A stretch of 63,714 nucleotides of DNA, filler included, from Octopus bimaculoides (taxonomy: Eukaryota), in NCBI RefSeq assembly GCF_001194135.2. It is 5 parts of 5 records of this genome, joined end to end, with 100 filler letters (N's around TTAATTAATTAA, not from the genome) between each part and the next. Parts side by side here need not be neighbours in the genome. Positions count along the whole stretch, not along the records: positions 11,675 to 41,978 come from NC_068997.1; positions 42,079 to 44,073 come from NC_068991.1; positions 44,174 to 62,359 come from NC_069003.1; 2 more parts are not named here. One strand, given 5' to 3'. This document shows positions 38,171 through 52,755 of the stretch, piece by piece. The position numbers were made by a program, and so were the translations under genes. Under the pieces are notes generated by a model. That model did not search any database. It saw only the letters and a list, made by a program, of their open reading frames with translations, and had not been told where the DNA came from. Each line of letters starts with the position of its first letter. Within the stretch, counting starts at the first letter, position 1.

Positions 38171-38925
38171 CTCNNNNNNNNNNNNNNNNNNNNNNNNNNN
38201 NNNNNNNNNNNNNNNNNNNNNNNNNNNNNNNNNNNNNNNNNNNNNNNNNNNNNNNNNNNNNNNNNNNNNNNNNNNNNNNNNNNNNNNNNNNNNNNNNNNN
38301 NNNNNNNNNNNNNNNNNNNNNNNNNNNNNNNNNNNNNNNNNNNNNNNNNNNNNNNNNNNNNNNNNNNNNNNNNNNNNNNNNNNNNNNNNNNNNNNNNNNN
38401 NNNNNNNNNNNNNNNNNNNNNNNNNNNNNNNNNNNNNNNNNNNNNNNNNNNNNNNNNNNNNNNNNNNNNNNNNNNNNNNNNNNNNNNNNNNNNNNNNNNN
38501 NNNNNNNNNNNNNNNNNNNNNNNNNNNNNNNNNNNNNNNNNNNNNNNNNNNNNNNNNNNNNNNNNNNNNNNNNNNNNNNNNNNNNNNNNNNNNNNNNNNN
38601 NNNNNNNNNNNNNNNNNNNNNNNNNNNNNNNNNNNNNNNNNNNNNNNNNNNNNNNNNNNNNNNNNNNNNNNNNNNNNNNNNNNNNNNNNNNNNNNNNNNN
38701 NNNNNNNNNNNNNNNNNNNNNNNNNNNNNNNNNNNNNNNNNNNNNNNNNNNNNNNNNNNNNNNNNNNNNNNNNNNNNNNNNNNNNNNNNNNNNNNNNNNN
38801 NNNNNNNNNNNNNNNNNNNNNNNNNNNNNNNNNNNNNNNNNNNNNNNNNNNNNNNNNNNNNNNNNNNNNNNNNNNNNNNNNNNNNNNNNNNNNNNNNNNN
38901 NNNNNNNNNNNNNNNNNNNNNNNNN

Positions 38926-38956
<31 letters not shown>

Positions 38957-39897
38957 TACCAGTATGTGTAAGTACATTCGTATATACGTGCTCAAACATA
39001 CATACGTATCTGTTTATGTGTACGTATATGTATATACATCTGGGTTGTTATTAGTGTTGTATGCACGTATGCATGTATATATGTATGTATGCATGTATGT
39101 ATGTATGCGTGTATGTATGAATGAATAGATTATCTACGTATATATCAATGTATGTTTATAACATGACACCTGAAAACTATGGATGAATGTATTGTCCAAA
39201 AAGTTGTTTTTGTGGGAGCGTGGAAGGGGTGGATCGGGGGGTAGAGGGGTAAACGAAATAGAAAAAAGTAAAGCAAACAAAAATTAGTATTCAAACAGAA
39301 AAAAAAAACCAAAACAAAACATGAACGAACGGATAATGTTGAATTGGATTCGTTTGACAAATACACACACACACACACACACATACACATGCATACACAC
39401 ATACACACACACACACACACACATGCACACACACACATACACACACACACAATCACACACACAATCACACGCGCGCGTGCGCGCGCGTGCTCACATATAT
39501 ATGTATGCACACTCATACATACAAATATACATACATATATGCATACGTGCATACATACATACATGCATATACACATACATATGCATATATATGCACACGC
39601 AATCACGCGCCCACACACACAGCTATGTATAATACAAATAATATATATATGTATATGTATATCTATACATATATATATATACATATATATATGCATATAT
39701 ATATAATGTACGTGTGTATATATCTATATATATATGCATGTATATATATATACATATATATATGCATATATATATAATGTACGTGTGTATATATCTATAT
39801 ATATNNNNNNNNNNATATAATGTAATGGAGTAGAATTCTTCTTTCGATAAATATAATACAGTAAAAAATGGGGACCTAATGATAGAACATTTTATTG

Positions 39898-39936
<39 letters not shown>

Positions 39937-40404
39937 GTTTACATGCACATGCAAACATACATTCATGCATACATAGATGTATATATACATAGCTGTATAG
40001 ATGTTTGAGTGTGAGTTCGATGTGTGCTCGTGTGAAATATATGTATTTATATGTATAGATATTTAGATAGATTTAGACGGAGGTGTAGATAGTGTACATA
40101 TACATAAATATGCTCACACACGGCAAGGCCCACAGATATACACATGCACACACAACCATATACGCATACGTGTGTGTGTGTGTGTATGCGCGTATGTGTG
40201 TGTGTTTGTTTGTTTGTGTGTGTGTATGTGTGTTTGCGCGCACGCGTGTGTACACACATACACGTACACATACATAAGAATCCATTCTGATAATATTGGA
40301 CCTACCTGACAAGATGAAGATGGATTGAGATACACGATGTAGCAGTAGTAGTAATAGTAGTAATAGTAGTAGTAGTTGTAGTAGTAGTAGTAGTAGTAGT
40401 AGTT

Positions 40405-40441
<37 letters not shown>

Positions 40442-40996
40442 CAGCAGCAGCAGCAGCAACACCAGCAACACTAGCAGTTGTAGTAGTGGTGGCAGCAAAA
40501 CCACAAACATGTCAGTTGCGAGCAAATTCTTTTTCCACCATTTTAGCTATTGGTGAATGCGTTTGTCTCATGCGTAACTGTTTTTTTAGACAACCATATA
40601 AATACATACCTACCAATCTACCTACCTACCTACCTACCTACCTACCAACCTACCAACCTACCAACCTACCAACCTACCTACCTACCAACCTACCTACCTA
40701 CCTACCTCCCTACTTGCCTACCTATCTACCTACCTACCTACCTACCTACCTACCAACCTACCTACCTACATACATAATACATACATACATACATACATAT
40801 ATACATACAAACACGTGCAAGCTTGTAGACGTATACGTTTCTTCAGACATATGTTCGTATACACAACCTCCATGTATGTATTTATGTATGGGTTGTGGGG
40901 TTGTCACCTGAATGGCACAAAGGTCTCTTCTGCGAGGAGTAAGAATCACCAAAAAATGGCTGATGCAACGACGCACTGCTACAGCCCAATCCCCCA

Positions 40997-41041
<45 letters not shown>

Positions 41042-41104
41042 CATCACCACCACCACAGACATACACATACATATATGTACACCTTCCTATCACCTATACA
41101 TTCA

Positions 41105-41978
41105 TACATCTGTCATGTGATCTTTGCAGTGTGGGGTCATGCATTGTCCTGACGAAACCACTCCTTTTCGTCAGGAGCGGATCTTTTTTACTCCAGAGCT
41201 TGGTTCAAACGCTCTAATTGCTGACAGTAGACTTGAGCATTGGTTGTTGCATTAGGTGGTAACAATTCAAAGTGAATTACTCCTTTGCAATCCCACCAGA
41301 TAGAGAGAAGAACCTTTTTCCCATGAAGTTCCCTTCTCGGTTGTGGTTGAGTTTTTTCCCTTTTACCAAGCCACTGTTTACAACGTTTAACATTTCGATA
41401 GAAAATCCATTTTTCGTCACCAGTTACAAATCTATCCAAAAAGGGTGAAATGAGTTCGCGAGAATGAAGAGAAGAGCATATGTCAACTCGAGATTTGCGG
41501 TTGCTTTCGGACAATTCATGAGGCACCCATTTTCCAAGTTTAGGAACCTTTCCAAGTTGTTGAAGATGACGATGAACAGTTGTATGGTTTAAACTAAGCT
41601 TTATTGCCAATTCTCCAATTGATAATGCAGGATTTTCTTCAAGTAATGCCTCGAGGAGCTTATCATCAAACATTCGATCTTCATCTTCAAGGCTGAAATC
41701 TCCACTTCTGAATTTTGCAAACCATCTTCTGCAAGTTCTTTCATTCGGGCATTCTTTCTTATAAGCTGAGTGTATGTTTCGAGTCGCTTCAGCTGCAGAT
41801 TTTCCTTTTTTGTACTCATAAAGCATTATGTGCCTGAAATGCTCTTTGGATACTTCCATGTTAGAAAGGGTTTTAATCAAAGAAATTTTAATTCTATTAT
41901 TTTGTAAAATAATATCTAATTAGTTTAAATGTACACAAATGCATAAAAATAATACTATTAAATTTCCTTCAATTTTAA
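41105..41978 (-). mobile_element. Mariner transposase pseudogene (3'-truncated)
   Basis: ORF from ATG 41859: RHIMLYEYKKG...RRWFAKFRSGDFSLED, WVPHEL, VTGDEKW (first D), LLSIWWD. After a nonsense codon at 41188-90 comes QDNA*PHTA (second D). The YSPDLAPxD region is absent and the GRP linker is deleted. Confidence 0.95.
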
Positions 41979-42719
41979 NNNNNNNNNNNNNNNNNNNNNN
42001 NNNNNNNNNNNNNNNNNNNNNNTTAATTAATTAANNNNNNNNNNNNNNNNNNNNNNNNNNNNNNNNNNNNNNNNNNNNATACATATATATCCCTCTAGCT
42101 CTTAAATCATATACAACTTCACCAAACCAATTAATCTCTATATACTCCTAAGCATTCATGACTAACTTTCTTTTATACAGTTTTGTATTCCTCTCAGGCC
42201 TTCTGCTCATAATCTACCTCGCTCTCTCTTCGTCGATGAAACTCGTAACAACTAATGTCCGTTATGAAGCATATCCTTCATTAAAGATATTCCTTAAGCC
42301 TTCCTGGAAATATCCATTCAATGAGATGTGCACTATATGCACAGCATTTCTAGAAACAGCTGTAAGAGACTTTATCCATAACTTCTTAATCCCTTATTTA
42401 CTGTAACAACGCGGCAATTATATTGAAATTATAAATTCATGCTCTAGAATGATATTACGTTTTGTTTGTTCATTCTTTCTTTCTAATATTATATTTGTTT
42501 ACATGTGTTTGTGCGCGCGCGTGTGCGTTGGTGTGTGTGTGTGTGTGTGTGTGTGCGTGTGTGTGTATATGTATGTGTGTATGTATGCGTATATGTACGT
42601 AGGTATGTATGTCTAAATGTGTAAATACATACATATACACTCATACTTATAACTCTAACAAGTTTCAGCCCGAGAGCTACAGACATGCTGCGGCAACGCC
42701 GTTATACACACATATATAA

Positions 42720-42806
<87 letters not shown>

Positions 42807-42809
<3 letters not shown>

Positions 42810-42933
42810 GGTGTCCACAATGTCTGGGTACATGGAGCAAATAAAATCATAACATAAACAGTTAAATATAAGAAATAATAATTTCTTAAAGTATGTGTTA
42901 ATCCTCATGTACCCAGACTTTATGGACACCCTG
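42807..42933. mobile_element. 127-bp Tc1/mariner-type MITE
   Basis: 28-bp TIRs CAGGGTGTCCACAATGTCTGGGTACATG / CATGTACCCAGACTTTATGGACACCCTG (2 mismatches), with TA on both sides. Confidence 0.9.
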
Positions 42934-42950
42934 TATATAGATATATATTC

Positions 42951-43012
<62 letters not shown>

Positions 43013-43369
43013 GTGTTAATGCTTATTTTACGATACTAGGGAAGAGGTTTGAGAATAAAATGAAACAACATATCCGTACATATAGCCCTTTCATTATTCA
43101 ATGTATTCGTGTTTAACTGTCGTTAGTTAACACATCTAAAACCGTGTCAGTTTCTCAACACTAACATTTCTTTTACATTACAGAATAGATTCCTAATCAT
43201 TTATCGTGTGTGACATATATTGCCACCAAGGTTCTTTTCTGTAGTATATTATAGCGTACCCAACTACGAAGATCACAAAAACCGTCTATTTTGCGTGTTG
43301 TAGCTGGAGACATGGTAACCCTTTAATGTTTAACAGATCTATGACAAATATGGTTGTATATTTTTATGC

Positions 43370-43832
43370 TCAGTTATATCTTTGTGCTGAAGAAGTTTGC
43401 CTCCCAACTACAATATTTCAAGTTCAGTCCCACTGCGTGGCATCTTGGGCAAGTGTTTTCTGCTATTCCCTCCGGGTCGACCGAAGCCATGCGAGTGCAT
43501 TTGGTAGAAAGAAACTGAAACAAACCTGGTTTGTGTGTGTGTGTGTGTGTGCGTGCGTGTGCGCGCGCGCGCGTTTATGTGCGCGTGGGAGTATACGTGT
43601 ATGAGTGCTTATGCCTCTTGTCTTGACATCACTTGACTGGTGTTAAGTAAATGAATGACGTTCATTTCTTGCGATGTTCTGTGAAAATGTATCTAGCTAT
43701 GGGAAAATCTTACCTCGTTTGGAAACACGTAAAGGTTGGTAACAGGAAAGGCATCCAGTTGTCACAAATCTGCCTTAGTAAACTCCGTCTGACCCATGCA
43801 AGCGTGTAAAAGTGGACGTTAAAACGATGTTG
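43370..43832 (+). mobile_element. Degenerate SINE with RTE-like 3' tail
   Basis: Head agttcagtcccactgcgtggcatcttgggcaagtg; tail ggcatccag...cccatgcaagc...aagtggacgttaaaacgatgttgatgat. Confidence 0.7.
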
Positions 43833-43926
43833 ATGATAAATATGTGCTCTTGAACCGTACTGTACTTCTGTATAAAGTACTTGCTCTTCATATTTGTAAA
43901 CTTAACCCCCGCCACGCACCCACACG

Positions 43927-43963
<37 letters not shown>

Positions 43964-43980
43964 GCACACACGCACCCCCT

Positions 43981-44042
<62 letters not shown>

Positions 44043-44285
44043 GCAAACATATACACGCCTGTCAGTCTGAATTNNNNNNNNNNNNNNNNNNNNNNNNNNN
44101 NNNNNNNNNNNNNNNNNTTAATTAATTAANNNNNNNNNNNNNNNNNNNNNNNNNNNNNNNNNNNNNNNNNNNNAATGTTCAAAAAATAAAACATCTAAAA
44201 TCGCGCTCTTCGTTTTGACTATTTACCTTCGTGAAGAGTTATGTCAATCCTTTTTTTAAATATAATAATAATAATGATAATAACG

Positions 44286-44349
<64 letters not shown>

Positions 44350-44559
44350 CAACAACAATAACAATAATATACTCTTTCTTGCTGTTTTCTTGTTGCTTGC
44401 TGCTCATATTTTCGCTCACATTTCTGATACTGTTATCGGTAGAGAGGACGGTTTTTTGCAGGGATAAGAAACTGTTTCAGACTTCAGAGTCACTCAGCTC
44501 CAGTATTATGTTGTTTTGTTAACTTCATAGCTCACCACGAAAGTTTCGACTTTCATATA

Positions 44560-45105
44560 CGTCAGGAAGTAATTTTTCGCATGCTAAATCATCACTAATT
44601 TCTTGATAAAAAAGTACATTAGGTGTCATAAAAATAGGTTCAGTACTTACCATAAAGTGATTGCAGAGCAATTTTATGCATTGATTGATGGAGCAGAATA
44701 AATTCCAGGATGGTTGGCCAAAGGACAAACAGTGTTGTGTTTGAAGTATGTATGGAAGAGAAATACTGCCGACAATTACAGGCCAATTGCTTTCATTAAT
44801 GTAGAAGTAATTGTCAGGAGGGATTGCAGTAGAAATGCACTAATTTCTTGATGATAATGACATTTTACGAATGGAACAAAATTGTAGTGGGAGGAGATGC
44901 AAAAGCACCAAAGACCAATTATTGATAGACAAATGGTAATGCCAGATTGTAAGCGAAAGAGGACAAATTCGGGAATGGCCTGGATCGGTTACCGCAAAGT
45001 TTTCAATATAATTCCACATTTGTGGATCATTGAGTCCTTGCATATGTTTGGAATTGCGAGTGTAACATGTTTTCTGAACAGAAGTATGGGAGGGGGTTGA
45101 AAACA
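44560..45105 (+). mobile_element. R4/Dong-type reverse transcriptase N-terminal fragment
   Basis: PGWLAKGQTVL...NYRPIA...EQ.....KDQLLID [fs] MVMPDCKRKRTN..MAWIGYRKVFNIIPH.WI.E.L approximates KDQLLIDK...AWIDYKKAYDSVPH. Confidence 0.88.
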
Positions 45106-45965
45106 CTTGGGCATCAAGAGAGGGATCTCTGAGCATCAAGGAGGAGGACCAGCAGAGACGCTAAAGCATATACATAAGGCGGTTCTCCAGCATGGCCGCA
45201 GTCAATTGACTGAAACAAGTAGAAGAATAAAAGAATAAAAAGAATATATGTGATGGACTTCCACACAGTTTCCACCTATCAGGTTCACTCACAGTACATC
45301 AGTCAGACCGGAACTATAGCCAAAAAAAAAAAGGAGGCTCAATATCCCTCGTAGTGAGGCTGAACCCGAAAGTACGTGGTTTGCAAAGTGAGCTACTTAA
45401 CCACACGCCCATGCAATATAGAAACATTACGACATAAAAAAAAACTCTAAAATTGCGCAATTACTTCTTCCTTTCCTTCTGGATTTTAATGGCTGGTTAC
45501 AACGTAAGTGCTTACGTACCTACTTATTTATATATGTACGTACTTATGGATGGATGGATGGATGGATGGATGGATGGATGGACTGACGGATGGACGGAGG
45601 GATATATGGCTAGATGCATGGATGTTCTAGTTTTATTTTTCAAACATCCACCCATTAGAGAAAGAGTAAATAACACATTTAGAAACATGGTTTCATAATT
45701 GGAATTTAGAAAACATTCAAATGCGTGTGTACGTATGCATGTATATATCTATATGTATGTATGTATGTATTGTATGGGTGTGTATGTAAGTATACATTCA
45801 TGCGTGTATAAATGTTCGTATCTATGTATTATTTACATTTGTATATGTGTATATATGAATGCTTTGACTTTTTTTCCATGGAACATTATTGTCTCCTACC
45901 CAGAAGTATAGCTTCTTCCGTGGAATTTAGAAAATACCTAAGTAACACTCATATATCTGTTTATT

Positions 45966-46054
<89 letters not shown>

Positions 46055-46484
46055 GTATAAATGTATGTATGTGTGTATGCATGTAGGTAGGTAGGTACGT
46101 ACGTGCGTATGTAGTAAGTAGGTAGGTAGGTAGGTAGGTAGGTAGGTAGGTAGGGAGAGAGGGAGCGAGGGAGTTAGAGAGGTAGAAGGGTAGGTATATG
46201 TAAATGCATACGTTATACAATACCCATCACAAGACATTTTTTGTTAACCAAGCTAACAACAATGTCTCTTCATCGGTTTTGTATTCCAGGTAATCTGAAA
46301 TATAAGCTCAGCACCTGTCAAATTTGTAAACCATGGTTCCGTTACCAAGTTAAGATGGTATGTTTTTACAGAGTGATACGTAAAATAGACAGAAATAATG
46401 GGTTATTTGCATTTATTTATTATTTAACTAATTATTTCTGTTCGTTTTATGTATCGCTCGATCGATCGATCGATAGATACATGC

Positions 46485-46554
<70 letters not shown>

Positions 46555-46627
46555 GGATGGATGGATGGATGGATGGATGGATGGATGGATGGGTGGGCGT
46601 TTGGGTGGATGGATGGGTGGATGGATG

Positions 46628-46672
<45 letters not shown>

Positions 46673-46798
46673 GAAGGCATGCAGGCAGGCAAGCAGGTAG
46701 GTAGGTAGATAGGTAGGTAGGTAGGTAGGTAGGTAGGTAGGTAGGTAGGTAGGTTGAGAGTGAGCAAAATTATGTGTGTATCTGTGAGTGAGTATGTA

Positions 46799-47168
46799 CA
46801 GGGGTTAGACAAAATAATGGAAACACCTTAAAATTTCAAGCAAATTTATTTTAATATGGGGTAGGACCGCCTTTGGCAGTAATTACAGCTTGAATTCTAC
46901 GAGCTGTGGACTCATACAAACTTTGAATTGTTTCCAAAGGAATTTTTGTCCATTCTTCAGCTAAAACACTCTCCAGTTCTTGTAGTGATGATGGTGTAGG
47001 ATATCGGTTCCTTGCTTGTTTTTCTAAAATGCACCATAAATGTTCAATAATATTGAGATCTGGGGACTGTGGTGGCCAGATAAGATGTTCAGGTTTACTA
47101 GAATGCTCCTCGTGCCATTCAGTAACAAATTTAGCTGTGTGAATTAGTGCATTATCATCCTGAATCCT
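46799..47168 (-). mobile_element. Tc1-like transposon 3' fragment with D36E spacing, 5' part replaced by a SINE
   Basis: QDDNALIH...WPPQSPDLNIIEHLW...RRIQAVITAKGGPTPY* with 36 residues from D to E and no frameshift. The terminal TIR CAGGGGTTAGACAAAATAATGGAAACAC is preceded by TA (46797-98). Confidence 0.92.
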
Positions 47169-47388
47169 TAATATTGGTTTCAAATTTTGGCACAAGACCG
47201 GCAATTTCGGGGAAAGGGGTAAGTCGATTACCTCGATCCCAGTACTCAATTGGTACTTATTTTATCGACTCTGAAAGGATGAAAGGTAAAGTCGACCTCG
47301 GCTGAATTTGAACTCAGAATGTAAAGACGGACGAAATGTTGCTCAGCATTTTGCGCAGAGTACTAACGATTCTACCAGCTCTCTGCTT
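47169..47388 (-). mobile_element. SINE (minus strand)
   Basis: The reverse complement matches 59903-60122. Confidence 0.85.
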
Positions 47389-49456
47389 TGTTAGACCCAC
47401 TAGTACTCTTAGAAATGGACTCCCTTATCAGTATTTGAAGTTAACAGATCTTTAAGTTTAGGAGATGGATGGGGAAAGGCTGGTAGTATCACCTGACCAT
47501 TACAACAGCAAAATTTGAAAAGGCTTTGTTTGGGATCTCCCAGAAATTCTTTCTTTTATATGAAAACCTCACATTTAGAAACATTTTTTCAATCTTCTTT
47601 CCTATTGAGTTTATTTCAATCCTATCTTCTTTAAAACCTGATTTAGTGCGTTTCAAGCACGTTTAAGCTTTTGTCTCGCGAAGAAGTTTTCCATTCTGTC
47701 ACATTCTCGTTTCTGCGTTCTTTTGTCTGCATTTTCCCTTTTCCTCGTGGAAGCCTGTTTATTCTTTCATCATGCTCCTTTTGTAATTTTTTTCTCAGCA
47801 GTGAGTTAGGTATACCCGAGATGGCGTTGCTTGTTGAAATGACTTCACTTGTCTGGATTTCATATAATTCCATTCTCTGCTATTGAGTACGTTTTCGCTT
47901 GAATACCAAGTGAAGTATTTTCCAGTGAACATAGTTGGAGAAAGTGCAAAAGACTTTTACGAAATTTCAAAAGAATTTTTTTTTATTCAATATGGACCTG
48001 AATATACATCAGAGAAAATAAAACAACAGTACATTTTAATTTATTAATCAACTATTTTACTATTTTCTATGTATTTACATCGTTAAAGAAAACGAAACAA
48101 ACGAAAGCATTTAAGATTTTGGGAAAATGGAGATATGTATTTTATCAAATATCATATTTTCAACATTTCTAATGAGGAGATATAAGTTGATATATAAAAA
48201 AAACTGCAGTCACTTATCTGCAACCTTACATAACAGTTGATATTTAACTGAAATAAATTGCTTACTATAAACCAGGATTTCTCTTTTCAGTCTGCGAAAC
48301 TGCTTTTGAGAGAATAAAAATGTGTTCGCTATTTTTATCGCAGTTACCCACCTAGTTTCAGAAAGTGAGAATATGCGAAAAGAAACACTTTTTTTTAAAT
48401 ATTTTAAAGAAATGTTCTAGTCAGATATTCATTCCTTCGATATTTTCTATTCATTTCAAATTTATAATATTTCATTTCCTTTTTTTCATTTATATTTTGC
48501 TTTAAGAAATATAACCTGATAGAATGATATTTTAAAATTTCATGAACTAAAAACAAATGCTTTCATAAAATGTGAAGATATAAATATTTAAGTTGACAAC
48601 GGAATGAGTTTTCAGGATGTGTGTAGGATTACATTTATCTGCGACTCAGAAGGTGTTGTTGGCTGGTGTTTCTAACAGGTCTTGTACCCGCTGTATCTTT
48701 GCATATTTTCCCCATATGCAACAATAATAAATTGAAACAATGAAAATTTTAAATTTCAGAAAGTGAAACAGTGCTTTCGTTGAATGTAAAATTAGGTACG
48801 TTTCAGATAATGAAATATGTATATGGACAAAGTAACAATTGCTGTAAATCGTAGAAGCTTTACTTTCCGAGAGAAAAGAGAATATATATAATGTTTGTGC
48901 GCGCGTGTGTGTGTGTGTACACGTACACATACTTACATACGAACATACATATACATACTTACGAAATTCCTCTTGAGAAACCTTCTCGTATGGACGTATA
49001 GTGTTAAAAAGTGCAGAATACCAGTAGCAGATGTAAATTTTTTGCCCCGGCAGTGGAACTGCTAGATCACGTAATTTCAACGTGTTTGCGATTCGTCAGC
49101 AAATACACTGAAATTATGCAAGCCAAATTTCGCTCGTGCAGATATATAGAAAAATACTGCCTAATCATCGTTATTTTTTACCACTCTTATTTCGTGCTTT
49201 TCTGCACTATACGCAAAAACGAGAGAATTTCTCAGGACGAATACCTCAGTGTAATGGTCTTCTTAAAGTATATCCACGTTTAGTTGGTTATAAAGATTGC
49301 TATTCTCCACCAATTTTGCTTCCGGCTATAATAAACTCATTTTTATCAGATCCGCCAGCTATTTGCCACCCCAGATTCTTTATATATATATATATATATA
49401 TCAGTATATATTGTTGATATAAAGGATGGATTATATATATATAATTCCAACATTTA

Positions 49457-49556
49457 AACAGAAACACAACAAAGGAACAAACGGAAAATTCACATACTCG
49501 TCAGTTATCGTTCCATGTGTGAATTTTCCGTTTTGTTCCTTAGTTGTGTTTCTGTT
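49457..49556. repeat. Near-perfect 38/39-bp inverted repeat with 23-nt spacer
   Basis: Arms 49457-49494 and 49518-49556 differ by one mismatch and one 1-nt bulge. Confidence 0.9.
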
Positions 49557-49612
49557 AAAATTTTGAAACTTAATATTTAACGTAACGCTACGCACTATTC
49601 TTATTTCTTATT

Positions 49613-49652
<40 letters not shown>

Positions 49653-49745
49653 TTATTTATCTATCTATCTACCTATCTACCTATCGATCTATCAATCTAC
49701 CTATCTATCTGCTTATATATATATACATGCATACATAAATACATA

Positions 49746-49783
<38 letters not shown>

Positions 49784-50329
49784 TATATATATATATATAT
49801 ATNNNNNNNNNNNNNNNNNNNNNNNNNNNNNNNNNNNNNNNNNNNNNNNNNNNNNNNNNNNNNNNNNNNNNNNNNNNNNNNNNNNNNNNNNNNNNNATAT
49901 ACACATAATGTATGTGTCTGTATATGTATATATATATATATATGTTCTCACAGATACAAACTGTTTTAATTTTTACAAAAAGCTATTGTAATTAGCAAAA
50001 GTAGAGCTTCTTTATTAAAACCATTAATCTTTAAAATAATGTCTGCGTATGTGTGTGCTGTTCTCTGTCTTAGTACGTACTTCTCTGTATGCCCTTATGC
50101 GTGTATGTGTGAGCATACATATATGTGTAATAAAAGTATATTACTACTAATACTACTACTATTAACACTAATACTAATATCAGTATTAGTGGTACTTCAT
50201 CGTTGAGAGAAGTTACAAACACTTGACTTCAACAAAAGGCAATATATTTTCCTAAGATATTTATCGATACATCTCTTCATTATGCGGTTATCAATGTTCT
50301 TTTGTCTTCCATCGTCTATCCCCCTTATT

Positions 50330-50990
<661 letters not shown>

Positions 50991-51435
50991 NNNNNNNNNN
51001 NNNNNNNNNNNNNNNNNNNNNNNNNNNNNNNNNNNNNNNNNNNNNNNNNNNNNNNNNNNNNNNNNNNNNNNNNNNNNNNNNNNNNNNNNNNNNNNNNNNN
51101 NNNNNNNNNNNNNNNNNNNNNNNNNNNNNNNNNNNNNNNNNNNNNNNNNNNNNNNNNNNNNNNNNNNNNNNNNNGGCAAGAAGAGTAAGTCTAGCGCTCG
51201 GTTCAGGGATGATTATAGATAAAATTCTTACTGCATTCATAATACATTTACATCTGCCGACAGAATCATTGTGTCGGTTGTTCAATAATTCTGTCTTTTA
51301 GATACCGCACTTTTCCAACTAATCCGATACAGCCATACACACAAAAACCAATATAGGAAGACGCACGTCTGACCTACACCGACACTCCACCCCACCCCAC
51401 CGCTGTCCGCATATAGCCATTCACACGTACGAACA

Positions 51436-51480
<45 letters not shown>

Positions 51481-51844
51481 TTGTATGTGGATTGGTCAAC
51501 CTTTGACTTTGTACTGCTTGCGCGTAAAACTATATACGTAACTTTTAACTTTCAGTTTGTTTTGTCGTGCGATTTCCTGTCTCAGCCATTTCGTTCAATT
51601 AACGTTCAGCATACGCCTGCATGTACGTATGTTTGTGTTTTGTTTACAAATATACTTGATATCACATCATTACCTTAATATCGTACAATGGTGTCGGTTT
51701 CTAAAGATTTATGTCTGAGTATGTACCTATGTACGTATGTTTTTGGCTTTTATGCTTTTAGCATGTGTGTGTGTAACGAGGATGAAAATGCACATTCGTA
51801 TTTTTGGCTGTGAGTATATGTAACATTATACATACGTATATATA

Positions 51845-51879
<35 letters not shown>

Positions 51880-52755
51880 TGTCTGTGTGTGTGCGTGTGT
51901 GTATGTGTGCGTGTGTGAAGGCGCATGTCTCAGCGTCGGGCTTACAATCATTGCTCAAATTCACTCAGCTGTAAAAATGAGTTGTGATGTCACTGGTGCC
52001 AAGCCGTATCTGCCTCTGCCATTCCCTTGAAGAACATCTGTGACATGGCAAGGGGAGACTGCTAGGCATGGGCGACTGCAGATCTTCCACAAACACCCTT
52101 TTCCCCGACTTGTGCCTCGGAGGGGAAATTTCTAGATGCAATCTCTTGGTTATTTGTGAGCGAAGGGGTTCTTTACATATGTATGTATATGTATGAATAA
52201 ATGCATGTCTATTTGTTAACGTGTGTATATGTGCACCTATATTTACATGTGTATACTGATATGCTTTGTATACGTACGTTTACGTAGTTTCTTGTGTGTG
52301 TGCATGTGTGGGTGGGTGGGTGTGNNNNNNNNNNNNNNNNNNNNNNNNNNNNNNNNNNNNNNGGGTCTATGGACAAGTGTATTTATGTGTTCAAACTACT
52401 ACCATCACTTTACATTGTCCTTATTCTTTGTTGTTTTCCTTTTTCTTTTTCTTTTCCTTCCCTATTTTTGCTTTCCATATGAGTTTTTATTGCTATCCAA
52501 AGAAATAGACATCTCAGCTTTCTGGGCGCCGACTGTCCATTACTGATGCTACATATTCATAAATGAGATTACAATCTACTGCAACCACTACAATAATATT
52601 ATACGAAATGAATCCACACTCCAATCTTGCTAAGGTATTCAGTGAGTAGAATACACCATTAGTTCTTTACCGATTTCATTCTTCACTCTCACTTTTATCA
52701 TTCTTTCTGATAGCCCAGCATTCTCTTGTGTTTACATAATGTGAATTATTTACAA

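Noticed and set aside
42080-42420. Minus-strand protein-like frame (GYFQEGLRNIF...EINWFGEVVY) with stops
   Set aside because: It is probably a decayed TE ORF, but I cannot assign a family without a search.
47643-47886. 76-aa and 71-aa ORFs as a gene or Gypsy gag
   Set aside because: No recognisable motif, and flanked by stops in all frames.
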